Of a DNA stretch of 64,000 nucleotides, positions 55,043-64,000 are shown in pieces. Within the stretch, counting starts at the first letter, position 1. Each line of letters opens with the position of its first letter. Location of the stretch: IMG/VR virus record IMGVR_UViG_3300047510_001118, positions 62,001 to 126,000 of that record; one strand, 5' to 3'. The notes below the pieces were generated by a model that was not told where the DNA came from, did not search any database, and was given only the letters and a program-made list of their open reading frames with translations. A program made the translations under genes and the position numbers.

Positions 55043-56482
55043 TCAGACAGGATCACCTGTGCCAATATTACTGAGGAATTGGCGCAGTTTAGTTGAATCT
55101 GCCTGTGCCCGTATTTTGGGCAAGGGTGCGCCCTGTGTGGGATCAGTGACTTCTCCAGTTTCTGGATCTGTTGCCGTATTACTGGTGCGTTTGATCTGAT
55201 CTAATATAGCAGTACTCTTGGGTCTATAGTCTGTGTCGCCTTCTATGCCCGGATCTGTGATACGCAGTGTGTCAATGTCAAAGTCTAGATCAATCTTCAT
55301 GCCCACACCACTTGATGAGCGTGTCTTCATCAACTGTATCTGATACTTGCCACGCTCACGCATAGCACGGCTGGTAAAGATACCTATGACGTTGTCTGCT
55401 GTTTGAATTTTACTGAGTCCGCCTGAAATGTGGCTGTGATCAAACTCTACTTCTTCTACAGCCGCACGGTTTAACTGGCTGGCAGTGACAAACACACACT
55501 GTTTTTCCATGGCTAGATTTCTGAGTTCTTCACTGACAAACTTGTCCTTGACAAACAGATCTGCGGGGCTGATCTTTTTGTTTATGGGCATCATTAGATC
55601 TAGGTAGTCCACTAATAACACGTCTACTTTACGATCTGTTTTGATTTCATACTCTTTTAAGTAAGCACGTATGTCATTGGCGTTCTTGCCTGAAGCCATG
55701 TATTTGACTTGGAATGCGCCCGATTTCTTGCCAATCATCTTGACCTTCATTTCCACGCCGTCTAAATCTTTGAAAATGTCCTTGGTTGATATGCCCGTGG
55801 TCATTGAATCTACACGCATACTTACCAGTGCTTCACTGAGCTCAAAGGTCAAGTACATGACGTTCAAGCCCGCCAGGGCCCAATTAACGCCCAAGTTGGC
55901 CAAGAATAGACTTTTACCTGCGCCCGAACCGCCAGCAAAGATATTCAACTCTCCGCGATTCATTCCGCCAAATAGGCGTTTGTCCACAGTTTCCCAACCA
56001 GTCTTTACCTGTCCGTTTTTGTCTTTTAGGCCTAGTAGTCTGCCCTTGGGATCACGCCAGTAGTCTGTGCCCAGATCTTTTTGAAGTCCTATCTGTACGG
56101 CCTGTTTGATCATGTCTTCCACAGGACCATAGTTGCCTTCTTCCAGCATGTCTGCGGCTTTGAGTATGGCACGTTCTAGACCCTTGTGTCGGGTAAATGT
56201 TTCAAACTCTGTGAGCAGCCAATCATAGTGCTCGTCTTTGAGCTGTCCTGGATCTTTGAGTTCTGTTTTGGTTGCGGCCACCACCATGTCAAATGTGGGC
56301 AGAGCATTGTGTTCTGACACATAGTTGTTGATGAATTCCGCTGAGTCCTGTAGTCTGCGATCAAATAGAGTGTGATCAAAAATGCTTTGGCAGCGCACAA
56401 AAGTGGCGGCATCACTGAGCATCATTTCCAAATACAGTTTCTGTATGTCATGTCCGTAGTCTGTGTTTTGTCTTGTTGTCAT
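55043..56482 (-). CDS. replicative DnaB/gp41-like helicase
   Basis: GGSGAGKS, VDYLD, TASQLNR, LMKTR. Confidence 0.93.
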   Translation of the reverse strand: MTTRQNTDYGHDIQKLYLEMMLSDAATFVRCQSIFDHTLFDRRLQDSAEFINNYVSEHNALPTFDMVVAATKTELKDPGQLKDEHYDWLLTEFETFTRHKGLERAILKAADMLEEGNYGPVEDMIKQAVQIGLQKDLGTDYWRDPKGRLLGLKDKNGQVKTGWETVDKRLFGGMNRGELNIFAGGSGAGKSLFLANLGVNWALAGLNVMYLTFELSEALVSMRVDSMTTGISTKDIFKDLDGVEMKVKMIGKKSGAFQVKYMASGKNANDIRAYLKEYEIKTDRKVDVLLVDYLDLMMPINKKISPADLFVKDKFVSEELRNLAMEKQCVFVTASQLNRAAVEEVEFDHSHISGGLSKIQTADNVIGIFTSRAMRERGKYQIQLMKTRSSSGVGMKIDLDFDIDTLRITDPGIEGDTDYRPKSTAILDQIKRTSNTATDPETGEVTDPTQGAPLPKIRAQADSTKLRQFLSNIGTGDPV

Positions 56483-56490
56483 ATACTATA

Positions 56491-57483
56491 TTATATCTCC
56501 GAGAACCAACGTTTTGCCATTAATTTGACTTTTAATTCTGACTGCTCCCTGTGCTGATAGATCTGCTCCAAACACCAAATCTTACCATAGCGTTGAACAG
56601 CATCATGTGCGTCTTTGCAGCCTGGAAACTCAGGCAGGCTCACTGACCAACCCAATTCCAGTGCTCGTGACACTGTGCGACTGCCATCTGTGTCACGATC
56701 TGGAACCAGTATGATTTCACGATCCAATCTATTGATCAGCATGGCCTGTTTTTCCATGACGTCTGCGCCCAATATGGCCACACCGTCAATGCTGAGTGCG
56801 TCCATGGGTCCTTCAACCACTACCACAAACTGTCTGTCACCCTGCTGATCTAAATTGAACACATAGCCTGGCTTTTGATCTGAAATGTACTTGGGCTTGC
56901 CCTCTACGACCTTGCGGGCAGTATTGCCCACTATGTTGCCTTGATAACGGAATGGTATGATCACACGATCTTGATAGCCATTTAAGGGTGTCCAATAGAA
57001 GTCATCCATGGGGTCAAAGCCTCGACTGTACACATAGTCTATGACCTGATTGAACCACTCTGCCAAATCCGGGGGCAGTTGATCTAAACTGATCAACCAC
57101 TGCCTGATTGGCAAACTGCCCTGGGGCAATTCACGCTGTTCAAACGTGGGCAGAGTCACAGCGGCCAGGGCCTGCTCATCTGCTTCTATTTTCATGGCTT
57201 CAAGGCTGAGTTTGGTTATGGCATCGTCTGGTGCGCCCATCCACTGCAGCAGTTGACGCATCTTACGTGGCAAATGACGCCCTGCTACATAACTGGCTTT
57301 GTATCCACAGTTAAAGCAGTGATAACTACAGCCGTCACTGTTGCGTATAATACCGCCACGCTGACGTGTGTCTAGGGTAGTGCCGTTATGATGGCAGCAC
57401 ACAGCGTTGAACTTGGTCCAACCGCTGGGTGTCTGTTTCCGTTTTGCGGGAAGGTACGTATAGATCGCATCGACGATACTCAT
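56491..57483 (-). CDS. DNA primase (gp61-like)
   Basis: N-terminal CCHH...HCFNC Zn finger; TOPRIM VEGPMDAL, DRDTDG. Confidence 0.9.
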   Translation of the reverse strand: MSIVDAIYTYLPAKRKQTPSGWTKFNAVCCHHNGTTLDTRQRGGIIRNSDGCSYHCFNCGYKASYVAGRHLPRKMRQLLQWMGAPDDAITKLSLEAMKIEADEQALAAVTLPTFEQRELPQGSLPIRQWLISLDQLPPDLAEWFNQVIDYVYSRGFDPMDDFYWTPLNGYQDRVIIPFRYQGNIVGNTARKVVEGKPKYISDQKPGYVFNLDQQGDRQFVVVVEGPMDALSIDGVAILGADVMEKQAMLINRLDREIILVPDRDTDGSRTVSRALELGWSVSLPEFPGCKDAHDAVQRYGKIWCLEQIYQHREQSELKVKLMAKRWFSEI

Positions 57484-57492
57484 ACATACATT

Positions 57493-58557
57493 TTAGTTTC
57501 TTATTCGGATTTTGTCAATGGGATTGGGCGGTCTGCCTACGGGATCTGTGCCAATACTTTCATAGACATTGGAACCACTGGTGCCAGTGCCAGTCCAAGA
57601 AATTGTGTCTATGTTGCCCTGAGTGGTCACGCCGTTGATTAGGCCTGTGACTGTGACAGTGATGTCGTTGAGTCCATTTACACCACCTAGGAAACTGCCC
57701 AATATGGTCAATGTATCACCAACTAGATAGTTCTGCCCACGCAGTACAGGGGTTACTGCTGAGTAGACGCCCGCAGTTTTGGTCACTGCGAATCGTGCGC
57801 CTGAACCAGCACCTGAACCTCTATTTCTAAAGATACGGAAACGAACAAATCTCCAATCGCCTGTGAGCGTTTTGGTAGTGTCTACACCAGTGTCCCAAAC
57901 ACCAATATTTGTCCAAGTAACGCTGTTGGCTGTGCTCTTATCACGTGTGGCTTCAACAATAATGCCGCCTTCGTATGTGCCTTCGTAATCTACAGTTATG
58001 GTTCTAGTGGCGCCTATATCATCATTGATGCTGTTGCCAAACCGTCCAACTTCACTGACATATTCTTTGCGATCAAATTCATAGTTAAACACTGTAAGTT
58101 CTTCGATCACAGTGCCTGCGGCATTGAGTTCATTGTAGCCATTTAGTACTTCTACAGATCCAAACAATTCAAACTGTCCGTCAATATACAGTGGAGTAGT
58201 ATCGTCATCACCGTCAACTAATCTAACAGCCATCAACAGTTGTTGTGGATCTACGTCATCTAATGTTGCTGTGGGTATAACCATGGATAACTGTCCAGGT
58301 TGACTGACAATAGGTGTAGCAGTGACTTCAAACAGTTTTTTGTGTTCACTGTCAAAAAATAACACATCAGCAGTGTAGCCTACAACATTCTGCTTACGCT
58401 GTTCTGAATTGCGTACATCTATCTGTATGGCATTGTCCGTGCCTTTGTATAATTTTAATTTGCGCTGATACACTTTTCTAAACTCCGTGTTGAATCCTAC
58501 TCGATCTGTAGTAACTGTAATCCTATTTGGTACTAAATAAAACTGAATTTTTTGCAT
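57493..58557 (-). CDS. probable virion structural protein
   Basis: beta-rich, Gly/Thr-rich C-terminal segment; TAAATA at 58588-58593. Confidence 0.55.
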   Translation of the reverse strand: MQKIQFYLVPNRITVTTDRVGFNTEFRKVYQRKLKLYKGTDNAIQIDVRNSEQRKQNVVGYTADVLFFDSEHKKLFEVTATPIVSQPGQLSMVIPTATLDDVDPQQLLMAVRLVDGDDDTTPLYIDGQFELFGSVEVLNGYNELNAAGTVIEELTVFNYEFDRKEYVSEVGRFGNSINDDIGATRTITVDYEGTYEGGIIVEATRDKSTANSVTWTNIGVWDTGVDTTKTLTGDWRFVRFRIFRNRGSGAGSGARFAVTKTAGVYSAVTPVLRGQNYLVGDTLTILGSFLGGVNGLNDITVTVTGLINGVTTQGNIDTISWTGTGTSGSNVYESIGTDPVGRPPNPIDKIRIRN

Positions 58558-58592
58558 TGGGATAATTCACTCAATTTGTAGTTATTGTATTT

Positions 58593-58964
58593 ATGGTAAA
58601 ACTAACGGAAGAAATCAGAGAAAACTTTCCTTTTATTTCAGTGGTCCACTACGGGGGCTTGGAATACGTGGGAATCGTGATCAATCAAGATCAATATGTA
58701 ACCAGCCTTTATAATTATGAAGCTCTAAGGTCTGACCTTGAAAAACGCCAGTTTTTAGAGTTAGGCGAAGCGTGGTGGTGGGAAAGTAATCGCACTATTC
58801 CAATTAACATTTTCTTAAAAATAGAAATGGAACCCTACAAATACAGCATCATGACCATGAATACCAAAGATGTTAATGTGGTATTTGGTCCTACTATAAA
58901 CATTCACAATATTTCTATTAAACGTGTAAAACGCAAGGTCATACAGTTAATACGCAAACGTTAA
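58593..58964 (+). CDS. hypothetical protein
   Basis: 123-aa ORF. Confidence 0.7.
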   Translation: MVKLTEEIRENFPFISVVHYGGLEYVGIVINQDQYVTSLYNYEALRSDLEKRQFLELGEAWWWESNRTIPINIFLKIEMEPYKYSIMTMNTKDVNVVFGPTINIHNISIKRVKRKVIQLIRKR

Positions 58965-59539
58965 CTGTATCCGTAACTGAGACCTTCACAGATTAAATTC
59001 ATGTGTACTACCACAGCCATAGCGTAGCTCATCGCATGTGCTTTTTTAAAGTAGTATTCACCGTTCGCTGGTTTCGTCCAAATCTCCTGCCCAATCTCTG
59101 TCCAAGTCTTCCCAACTAGATGTCTCTTCGCCGGGCGGATCAAAGCGAGCAACATTGCCAACTCTTCTATACTGCGGGGTTTCATTTGTCTCAGCAACCC
59201 ACCGTGCCCATTTACGTGGAATAGTAAATCCGTGAACTCGTCCTGCTCTAGTAGATCCCATAGCGGTTCAGTCTCCATTAGTTCTGTGAGATGTTCTTCA
59301 TTGCGAACACCTGTATATATCCCTACATTTAAAAAGTCTATTTTAAAGTAGCCGCGCTGTTCAGCATCCTTGTAATCGATAGTTGATTGATTAGTTCTAT
59401 AATCTTTGGGAATAGGTGTAACATATATGCCTGTGTTATGAGGCTTTACTTCGCCGCGATCTTCTCGTACGGCCACAGTGTGTTCGAATAATTCTAAGGC
59501 TCGACTTCTATCAGCAAAGTCTATGTCAATGTCCGGCAT
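58961..59539 (-). CDS. minimal DnaE (Pol III alpha)-like catalytic core
   Basis: MPDIDIDF, HNTG, FKIDFL, FKKAHAMSY in 192 aa. Confidence 0.85.
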   Translation of the reverse strand: MPDIDIDFADRSRALELFEHTVAVREDRGEVKPHNTGIYVTPIPKDYRTNQSTIDYKDAEQRGYFKIDFLNVGIYTGVRNEEHLTELMETEPLWDLLEQDEFTDLLFHVNGHGGLLRQMKPRSIEELAMLLALIRPAKRHLVGKTWTEIGQEIWTKPANGEYYFKKAHAMSYAMAVVVHMNLICEGLSYGYS

Positions 59540-59706
59540 GTTTCAACCTTTTTCCAATCCTGAGATCCGTTAGTGTGATGTCCAATATAGCGTTCACCCG
59601 TTTCAAGATCTATTAACATCCATTTCTCTGGACACTTGGTTTTAACAACCAATGTCTTTGGTTCTGCCAATTCTTGAACTTCTTTTCCGTCTAACAGTTT
59701 TCTCAT
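59521..59706 (-). CDS. hypothetical protein
   Basis: 61-aa coupled ORF. Confidence 0.6.
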   Translation of the reverse strand: MRKLLDGKEVQELAEPKTLVVKTKCPEKWMLIDLETGERYIGHHTNGSQDWKKVETCRTLT

Positions 59707-60437
59707 AGTTTTCCTTCTTCAACAACACTACGAACCATTTCCATGTCAACTGGATAAATTCTAAATCGTTTAGACCAAAACTCTGGCTCTAACACAGCAA
59801 ATACAATGGCCAGTTGTTCGTCGTTGAATTTACTCAACAGTTGACGTCCTGACTCACAGTTTAACACTAACCAAGGACTGATTTTTCCGTCCTTAATATC
59901 ATAGACTGCTCTGTTAACACTGACGTATTTGAAATAATGATTCCATTGACTTTGATTATTATCTGCCCAGGCCATCATAGTTGATATAGATCGTTGTAGG
60001 GCCACATCAGCAGGTTCTTTCTTGATAAGGTCTAGAACATAGTCATAGTACAGTTCTTCTCTACACCAATGATCTAATTTAACTCCACTGGTTACTACAA
60101 AATCAATATATCGATCTGTATACAACGGATTAACGTTGCTTAGAAAACTGCCAAACTTGACAAAAGCATTGTAGTAAGGACTTTTGGCAAATTCTTCGTA
60201 GGTTTTTTGATTTTTTACTTTTTGCGTTAGTTGAAAAAATCTCACATAGGTCTGATAGCCTAATAAGACATGTTTCTCATCTTTGGCTAAATGTCTACGT
60301 TTCTGTTCGCACATGTGAACAGACAGAGTACTTTCTTTGGTGTACCCATTGTTACAGTACTGACAGACATATGGTTTTTCAACGGCAGTCAATTTTATCT
60401 TGATTCCTTTGTGTTTCTCGAAAACATCTAAATTCAT
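59703..60437 (-). CDS. protein with N-terminal C2H2-like zinc finger
   Basis: EKPYVCQYCNNGYTKESTLSVHMC. Confidence 0.65.
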   Translation of the reverse strand: MNLDVFEKHKGIKIKLTAVEKPYVCQYCNNGYTKESTLSVHMCEQKRRHLAKDEKHVLLGYQTYVRFFQLTQKVKNQKTYEEFAKSPYYNAFVKFGSFLSNVNPLYTDRYIDFVVTSGVKLDHWCREELYYDYVLDLIKKEPADVALQRSISTMMAWADNNQSQWNHYFKYVSVNRAVYDIKDGKISPWLVLNCESGRQLLSKFNDEQLAIVFAVLEPEFWSKRFRIYPVDMEMVRSVVEEGKL

Positions 60438-60901
60438 AATAATTTTTTAATTTCTTTGTCATCGTAACCTAGGTCTTTGGCTATTTCCTTAATTTCTTTT
60501 TCTGAAGTGATCTTTGCTAATAATTCTAATTCATCTGTTTTCATGTCAGGATAAACAGTTTCTAAAAACTTAAGAACTTTATTATTTTCACTTTTCTTTT
60601 TATAGCCAATCCATTCATGAAAGTAAATTTTCTTTTCTTCGTTGCCAGTCATACAGACTAGATACCATAATAGTTTAGGGTGCTTGCTGATATCAAAAAA
60701 GTTTTTATTATAGTATTCGTTGGTTTTAAACACAGCCAACTCTTGTGCGTCTCTATCGCTGGTTTTAATAGAACTGGCATATCGTAACAGAAGATAAAGA
60801 CTAATCTGTTTTCTTTGATCATCTGTGAAGTTATCCCAGAGATCTCTAGCACCCATATCAATGGCTGCGGTTTCGTCTTTGATAGTTAGTTTATCACTCA
60901 T
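60434..60901 (-). CDS. possible clamp-loader small subunit (gp62-like)
   Basis: size and NKNFFDISKHPKLLW segment; replication context. Confidence 0.4.
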   Translation of the reverse strand: MSDKLTIKDETAAIDMGARDLWDNFTDDQRKQISLYLLLRYASSIKTSDRDAQELAVFKTNEYYNKNFFDISKHPKLLWYLVCMTGNEEKKIYFHEWIGYKKKSENNKVLKFLETVYPDMKTDELELLAKITSEKEIKEIAKDLGYDDKEIKKLL

Positions 60902-61520
60902 CTTTAGGTCTCAATAATGCGTCAAAGGCCATAACAGTTCTAGTTCCTGTACCTGTCCACGGATATACAGTGTGCGGTATATGACTAGGGAATACTATTA
61001 TTGTGCCCGGATTTGGTGTGTATTTCCAAACATCGTTCATTACAAATTTAGTAATGTCTTTGGTCTGTGGCATTCTAAAAAGAATCTGTCCGTCCGATAC
61101 TTTTTTATTTTCATCAAAGTCTGGAGCAGTAATATACATGTTTCCACTGATATGTCCTCCAGGATGACTATGAAGTTCTTGATATTCGCCTTCGTGTTGT
61201 TGTATAGTCCAGATGCTGGTTATCAACGGTTTACATAATTTTAATTCTTCAGCACCACTTTGTGCTGTGACAAGGTCCATGTATCCTTGGCAGACATATT
61301 CCAAATACTTTACCAACCAACTGACGTCTATGTCTAATTGATTAGGATATACCTGTATTTGTTGTCCCCCACGCAGGCTGATGTTAGGATCACCGCCATC
61401 GTTTAATTCCGGGTGACTGTGAAACTCGTCAGCCAACTTATGAATTTTTACAAAGGTGGATGCTGGGATATCATCTAATGCTATAACAGTGGGTTGAAAG
61501 TATGCTACCTTAAATGCCAT
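60894..61520 (-). CDS. putative 2OG-Fe(II) oxygenase
   Basis: QELHSHPGGHISG...FPSHIPHTV...RTVMAF. Confidence 0.8.
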   Translation of the reverse strand: MAFKVAYFQPTVIALDDIPASTFVKIHKLADEFHSHPELNDGGDPNISLRGGQQIQVYPNQLDIDVSWLVKYLEYVCQGYMDLVTAQSGAEELKLCKPLITSIWTIQQHEGEYQELHSHPGGHISGNMYITAPDFDENKKVSDGQILFRMPQTKDITKFVMNDVWKYTPNPGTIIVFPSHIPHTVYPWTGTGTRTVMAFDALLRPKDE

Positions 61521-61795
61521 TATTTGTCCTTGATTGTCTGATATATTAGTATAGCACGGTCTAGGGCTTTTTGTAAAGTAGGATTGGTACGTGCTTCTCT
61601 CCGAATTTCACCCCACATCTTATCTTCCATTACGTGATCGTGTAACGGTCGTCCATCAACGGTTCTTGGATCATTTTTATCGTATTCCCAACCGATTGGT
61701 TTTCTTGTATCGGGGGCCGCACCAATCTCTCGAGCATAGACAGTGTTGCCGTCACGCTCGTATATGTAAGTTGCCCCAGGTGTTAGCGATCCCAT
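61520..61795 (-). CDS. hypothetical protein
   Basis: start placed at MGSLTPGATYIYER. Confidence 0.65.
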   Translation of the reverse strand: MGSLTPGATYIYERDGNTVYAREIGAAPDTRKPIGWEYDKNDPRTVDGRPLHDHVMEDKMWGEIRREARTNPTLQKALDRAILIYQTIKDK

Positions 61796-61796
61796 A

Positions 61797-62303
61797 TTAT
61801 AATAACTTGTAATGGTTGATAATTTCGCTCTGTCTACTAATGTCTTTAGTAAAAAACGCACACATAGGTTTTGGCCCATCAGTTAACGGTACGCTGAGCA
61901 ATTGATTATTTTTCATTTTAGGAAAGTACCATTTAACATCACTGTAAATGTTTACTATTTCAATCTGAGCATACTCGTGTTTAAATGCGCTCAATGGATT
62001 AAAAATAAATGCTTCAAATCCTCTGTCGTTTAAACTAGTCAAAGGTAGAACTTCTAACTCGTTTCCGCACTCACTGTCCCCTACTGCTATGCTCCAATCT
62101 ATAGGCATAGTTACTTCGTTGCCTCCAATGTTTAATACCATTGCTGGACTATTAAAACTTTCTAAAAAGATTAATGGAATAAAAAAGAAATCGGGATTAT
62201 TTGGATCGTTGTTATCTAGAACACTAAATCTAATATCTTCCTCAACTTCATCTGGCATTTTTGATAAATCAAATGTCTTGTTGTCTATTGTTAAAATTAA
62301 CAT
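61797..62303 (-). CDS. conserved hypothetical protein
   Basis: 168-aa coupled ORF. Confidence 0.7.
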   Translation of the reverse strand: MLILTIDNKTFDLSKMPDEVEEDIRFSVLDNNDPNNPDFFFIPLIFLESFNSPAMVLNIGGNEVTMPIDWSIAVGDSECGNELEVLPLTSLNDRGFEAFIFNPLSAFKHEYAQIEIVNIYSDVKWYFPKMKNNQLLSVPLTDGPKPMCAFFTKDISRQSEIINHYKLL

Positions 62304-62315
62304 CTTATCTCCGAG

Positions 62316-63776
62316 TTACAGCCAATTTATCTTTTCAAGAGTAAAAGGATACTTGGCTTCTTTGTAAAATTTTTTTCGCTCTGTTAAGTGTCGTTTCGCG
62401 TATTTGCACGTTGACGTGATGTCCCAGATTTGTACAAAGTCTTTATCTTCTGCCTTTCTAATCCCTCGCCCAATGCTTTGTATAACGCGGACAAAGCTCT
62501 TTCCGGGTTCAAGAAGAACCAGATTAAAAATCCTTGGAATATTAAGACCCACAGCGGCCACACCATAAGTCGCCACAATAACCTTGCTATCAGATTCTTT
62601 AACTTCATCATAATGTTCTTTTCTCTCTGTTAATTTAACTTCGCCGCTGATAAACACTGAATCTGGAATCGCTTCAACGATTTGTTTGCCTGCGTCTAGC
62701 CTATCTACTAATATTAATGTATTGCCTGCATCTTTTATTGAATTACATAATTTTGCGATATATCCTATACGTTCACTGTCTGTGACAAGATATTTTAATT
62801 CTTCTTGATAGGTTCTAAATTCTTTTACATCTAGCATCTGTACAATGTTAACATGACATTGTGCCAACACACCTCGCTCTTGTAGTTGATGTGCCGCTAT
62901 TCTATTAACCACTGGGCCAATTGTGGCTAGGATACTATGAAAATTAATTTCTTCTTTGGGTATAGTTCCTGTAAGTCCCCAACGTATAGGAGCATGAGCC
63001 ATGTTTTGACTCAGTAGTTTCTTTAACACATCTGCCTTGGCCTGGTGAACTTCGTCTATGATTACACAGACTACACCTTCTAAGAATTCCGCCAATGACA
63101 GTGTTTCAGAATCGTAACTTTTCTTATCTAGTATGTTTAAACTTTGCCAAGTACAGATAGTATGTGTACGATTTAATTCTTTTCTATCTCCAAAATATAC
63201 CCCAACATCTAACCCAACATTGCGATAGTCTTCTTCTGTTTGAACAACTAGGCTCTTATTTGGAACAATAACTAATGTTCGACCGTAAGGTTCACACAGT
63301 GCTGATAGAGTGGCTGTGATAATTGTTTTACCTGCGCCAGTGGCTAACTCTTGTAACCCTTGCGGGTTATCCATAAAGTTATTAATCGCATCTAGTTGAT
63401 AGTCACGTAATACAATAGGTTGCCCAGCCATAGGGTGACCTTTTGGCCATGTCTTACCTTGTTCAGCCCAATATTGATCTGTGATTTTAGCAAAATCAAA
63501 TTTGTGTGTTTGGCGTAGATCTTCAATTTCTTCAACGCTGACGTCGCACTCTTCTAATATAGGAAGAATAGTTTCTAAGTGATTTAGATAACCATTGCCT
63601 CCAAGACCAAAGAACGTAGTAGTACCATCCCATCGTCCTAATTTGTATTGTGGCATGTGACGAGCATATGGAAGCTCAAATTTTAATGCGTTAGAAATTT
63701 TCCTCCGTATTTCAACTGGAAGACCTTCTATTTTAATATTGACTTCGTCTCGAATAATTATTTTACAACTGTACAA
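62316..63776 (-). CDS. UvsW-like SF2 DNA helicase
   Basis: LRDYQ, ATGAGKT, IIDEVH, GLTGT, QSIGRGIR. Confidence 0.92.
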   Translation of the reverse strand: MYSCKIIIRDEVNIKIEGLPVEIRRKISNALKFELPYARHMPQYKLGRWDGTTTFFGLGGNGYLNHLETILPILEECDVSVEEIEDLRQTHKFDFAKITDQYWAEQGKTWPKGHPMAGQPIVLRDYQLDAINNFMDNPQGLQELATGAGKTIITATLSALCEPYGRTLVIVPNKSLVVQTEEDYRNVGLDVGVYFGDRKELNRTHTICTWQSLNILDKKSYDSETLSLAEFLEGVVCVIIDEVHQAKADVLKKLLSQNMAHAPIRWGLTGTIPKEEINFHSILATIGPVVNRIAAHQLQERGVLAQCHVNIVQMLDVKEFRTYQEELKYLVTDSERIGYIAKLCNSIKDAGNTLILVDRLDAGKQIVEAIPDSVFISGEVKLTERKEHYDEVKESDSKVIVATYGVAAVGLNIPRIFNLVLLEPGKSFVRVIQSIGRGIRKAEDKDFVQIWDITSTCKYAKRHLTERKKFYKEAKYPFTLEKINWL

Positions 63777-64000
63777 TTACTGAATTTCCTTTTCTAGTGT
63801 AATTAGAACGTAAGTTATTATTATAATAGTAAACTGTTAAAAAGTCACTGATATACGCAGATGTTTTTCCATATTCATATGTGGTCGCCACAACAGCAGT
63901 GTGTGGTTTCCAATCAGCATTTAACAAAGGTTTAGGAATACGATTTTTTGTGATAAAAACCACCTTAGTATCCGGACCAATGTAACTGTTCAATTTTTGA
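63763..64000 (-). CDS. partial hypothetical protein (5' end outside window)
   Basis: frame open at the right edge, overlapping the helicase start. Confidence 0.5.
   Translation of the reverse strand, partial: QKLNSYIGPDTKVVFITKNRIPKPLLNADWKPHTAVVATTYEYGKTSAYISDFLTVYYYNNNLRSNYTRKGNSVIVQL

Noticed and set aside
55043-63776. Inteins or introns in the helicase, primase, DnaE-like or UvsW genes
   Set aside because: Protein lengths are normal or short, with no Hint-block or LAGLIDADG motifs.
1-64000. Stop-codon reassignment (alternative genetic code)
   Set aside because: Conserved enzymes are full-length and tightly coupled under code 11 using TAA, TAG and TGA; no suppressor tRNA seen.

Overview
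A 64 kb segment of a large lytic tailed dsDNA phage (T4-like/jumbo myovirus style; no capsid or terminase genes in this window). Family calls rest on motif recognition, with no database search. Left to right: (1) 1-7.1 kb, late/virion genes, including an SGNH-PG-binding-lysozyme fusion that runs off the left edge, a thermonuclease and a tiny Cys/His-rich ORF. (2) 7.2-29.5 kb, a ~22 kb mostly minus-strand biosynthetic island with 11 radical SAM enzymes, nucleotide-sugar enzymes, a DegT aminotransferase, an amidinotransferase, deacetylases, glycosyltransferase-like proteins and a (CxCxxx)4 Cys-rich protein fused to an S74 autocleaving chaperone. (3) 29.5-32.8 kb, ALA synthase, YbaN, HNH and YqgE/AlgH. 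(4) 32.9-42.8 kb, small plus-strand genes, TraR/DksA and a putative restriction-modification pair. (5) 42.8-43.4 kb, a non-coding repeat hub. (6) 43.4-53.9 kb, a higher-GC array of early cassettes with 18 sigma70 promoters, ACCGGT-N4-ACCGGT operators, a shared AGGAGCGAA ribosome-binding leader, three tRNAs, a wHTH gene and hairpins whose loops are exactly antisense to that leader. (7) 54-64 kb, pqqA, helicase, primase, a 192-aa minimal DnaE-like core and a UvsW-like helicase. The two strongest candidates for undescribed systems are the antisense-RBS hairpin RNA/operator circuit over the early cassettes and the radical-SAM/Cys-rich S74 protein/guanidino-sugar island.
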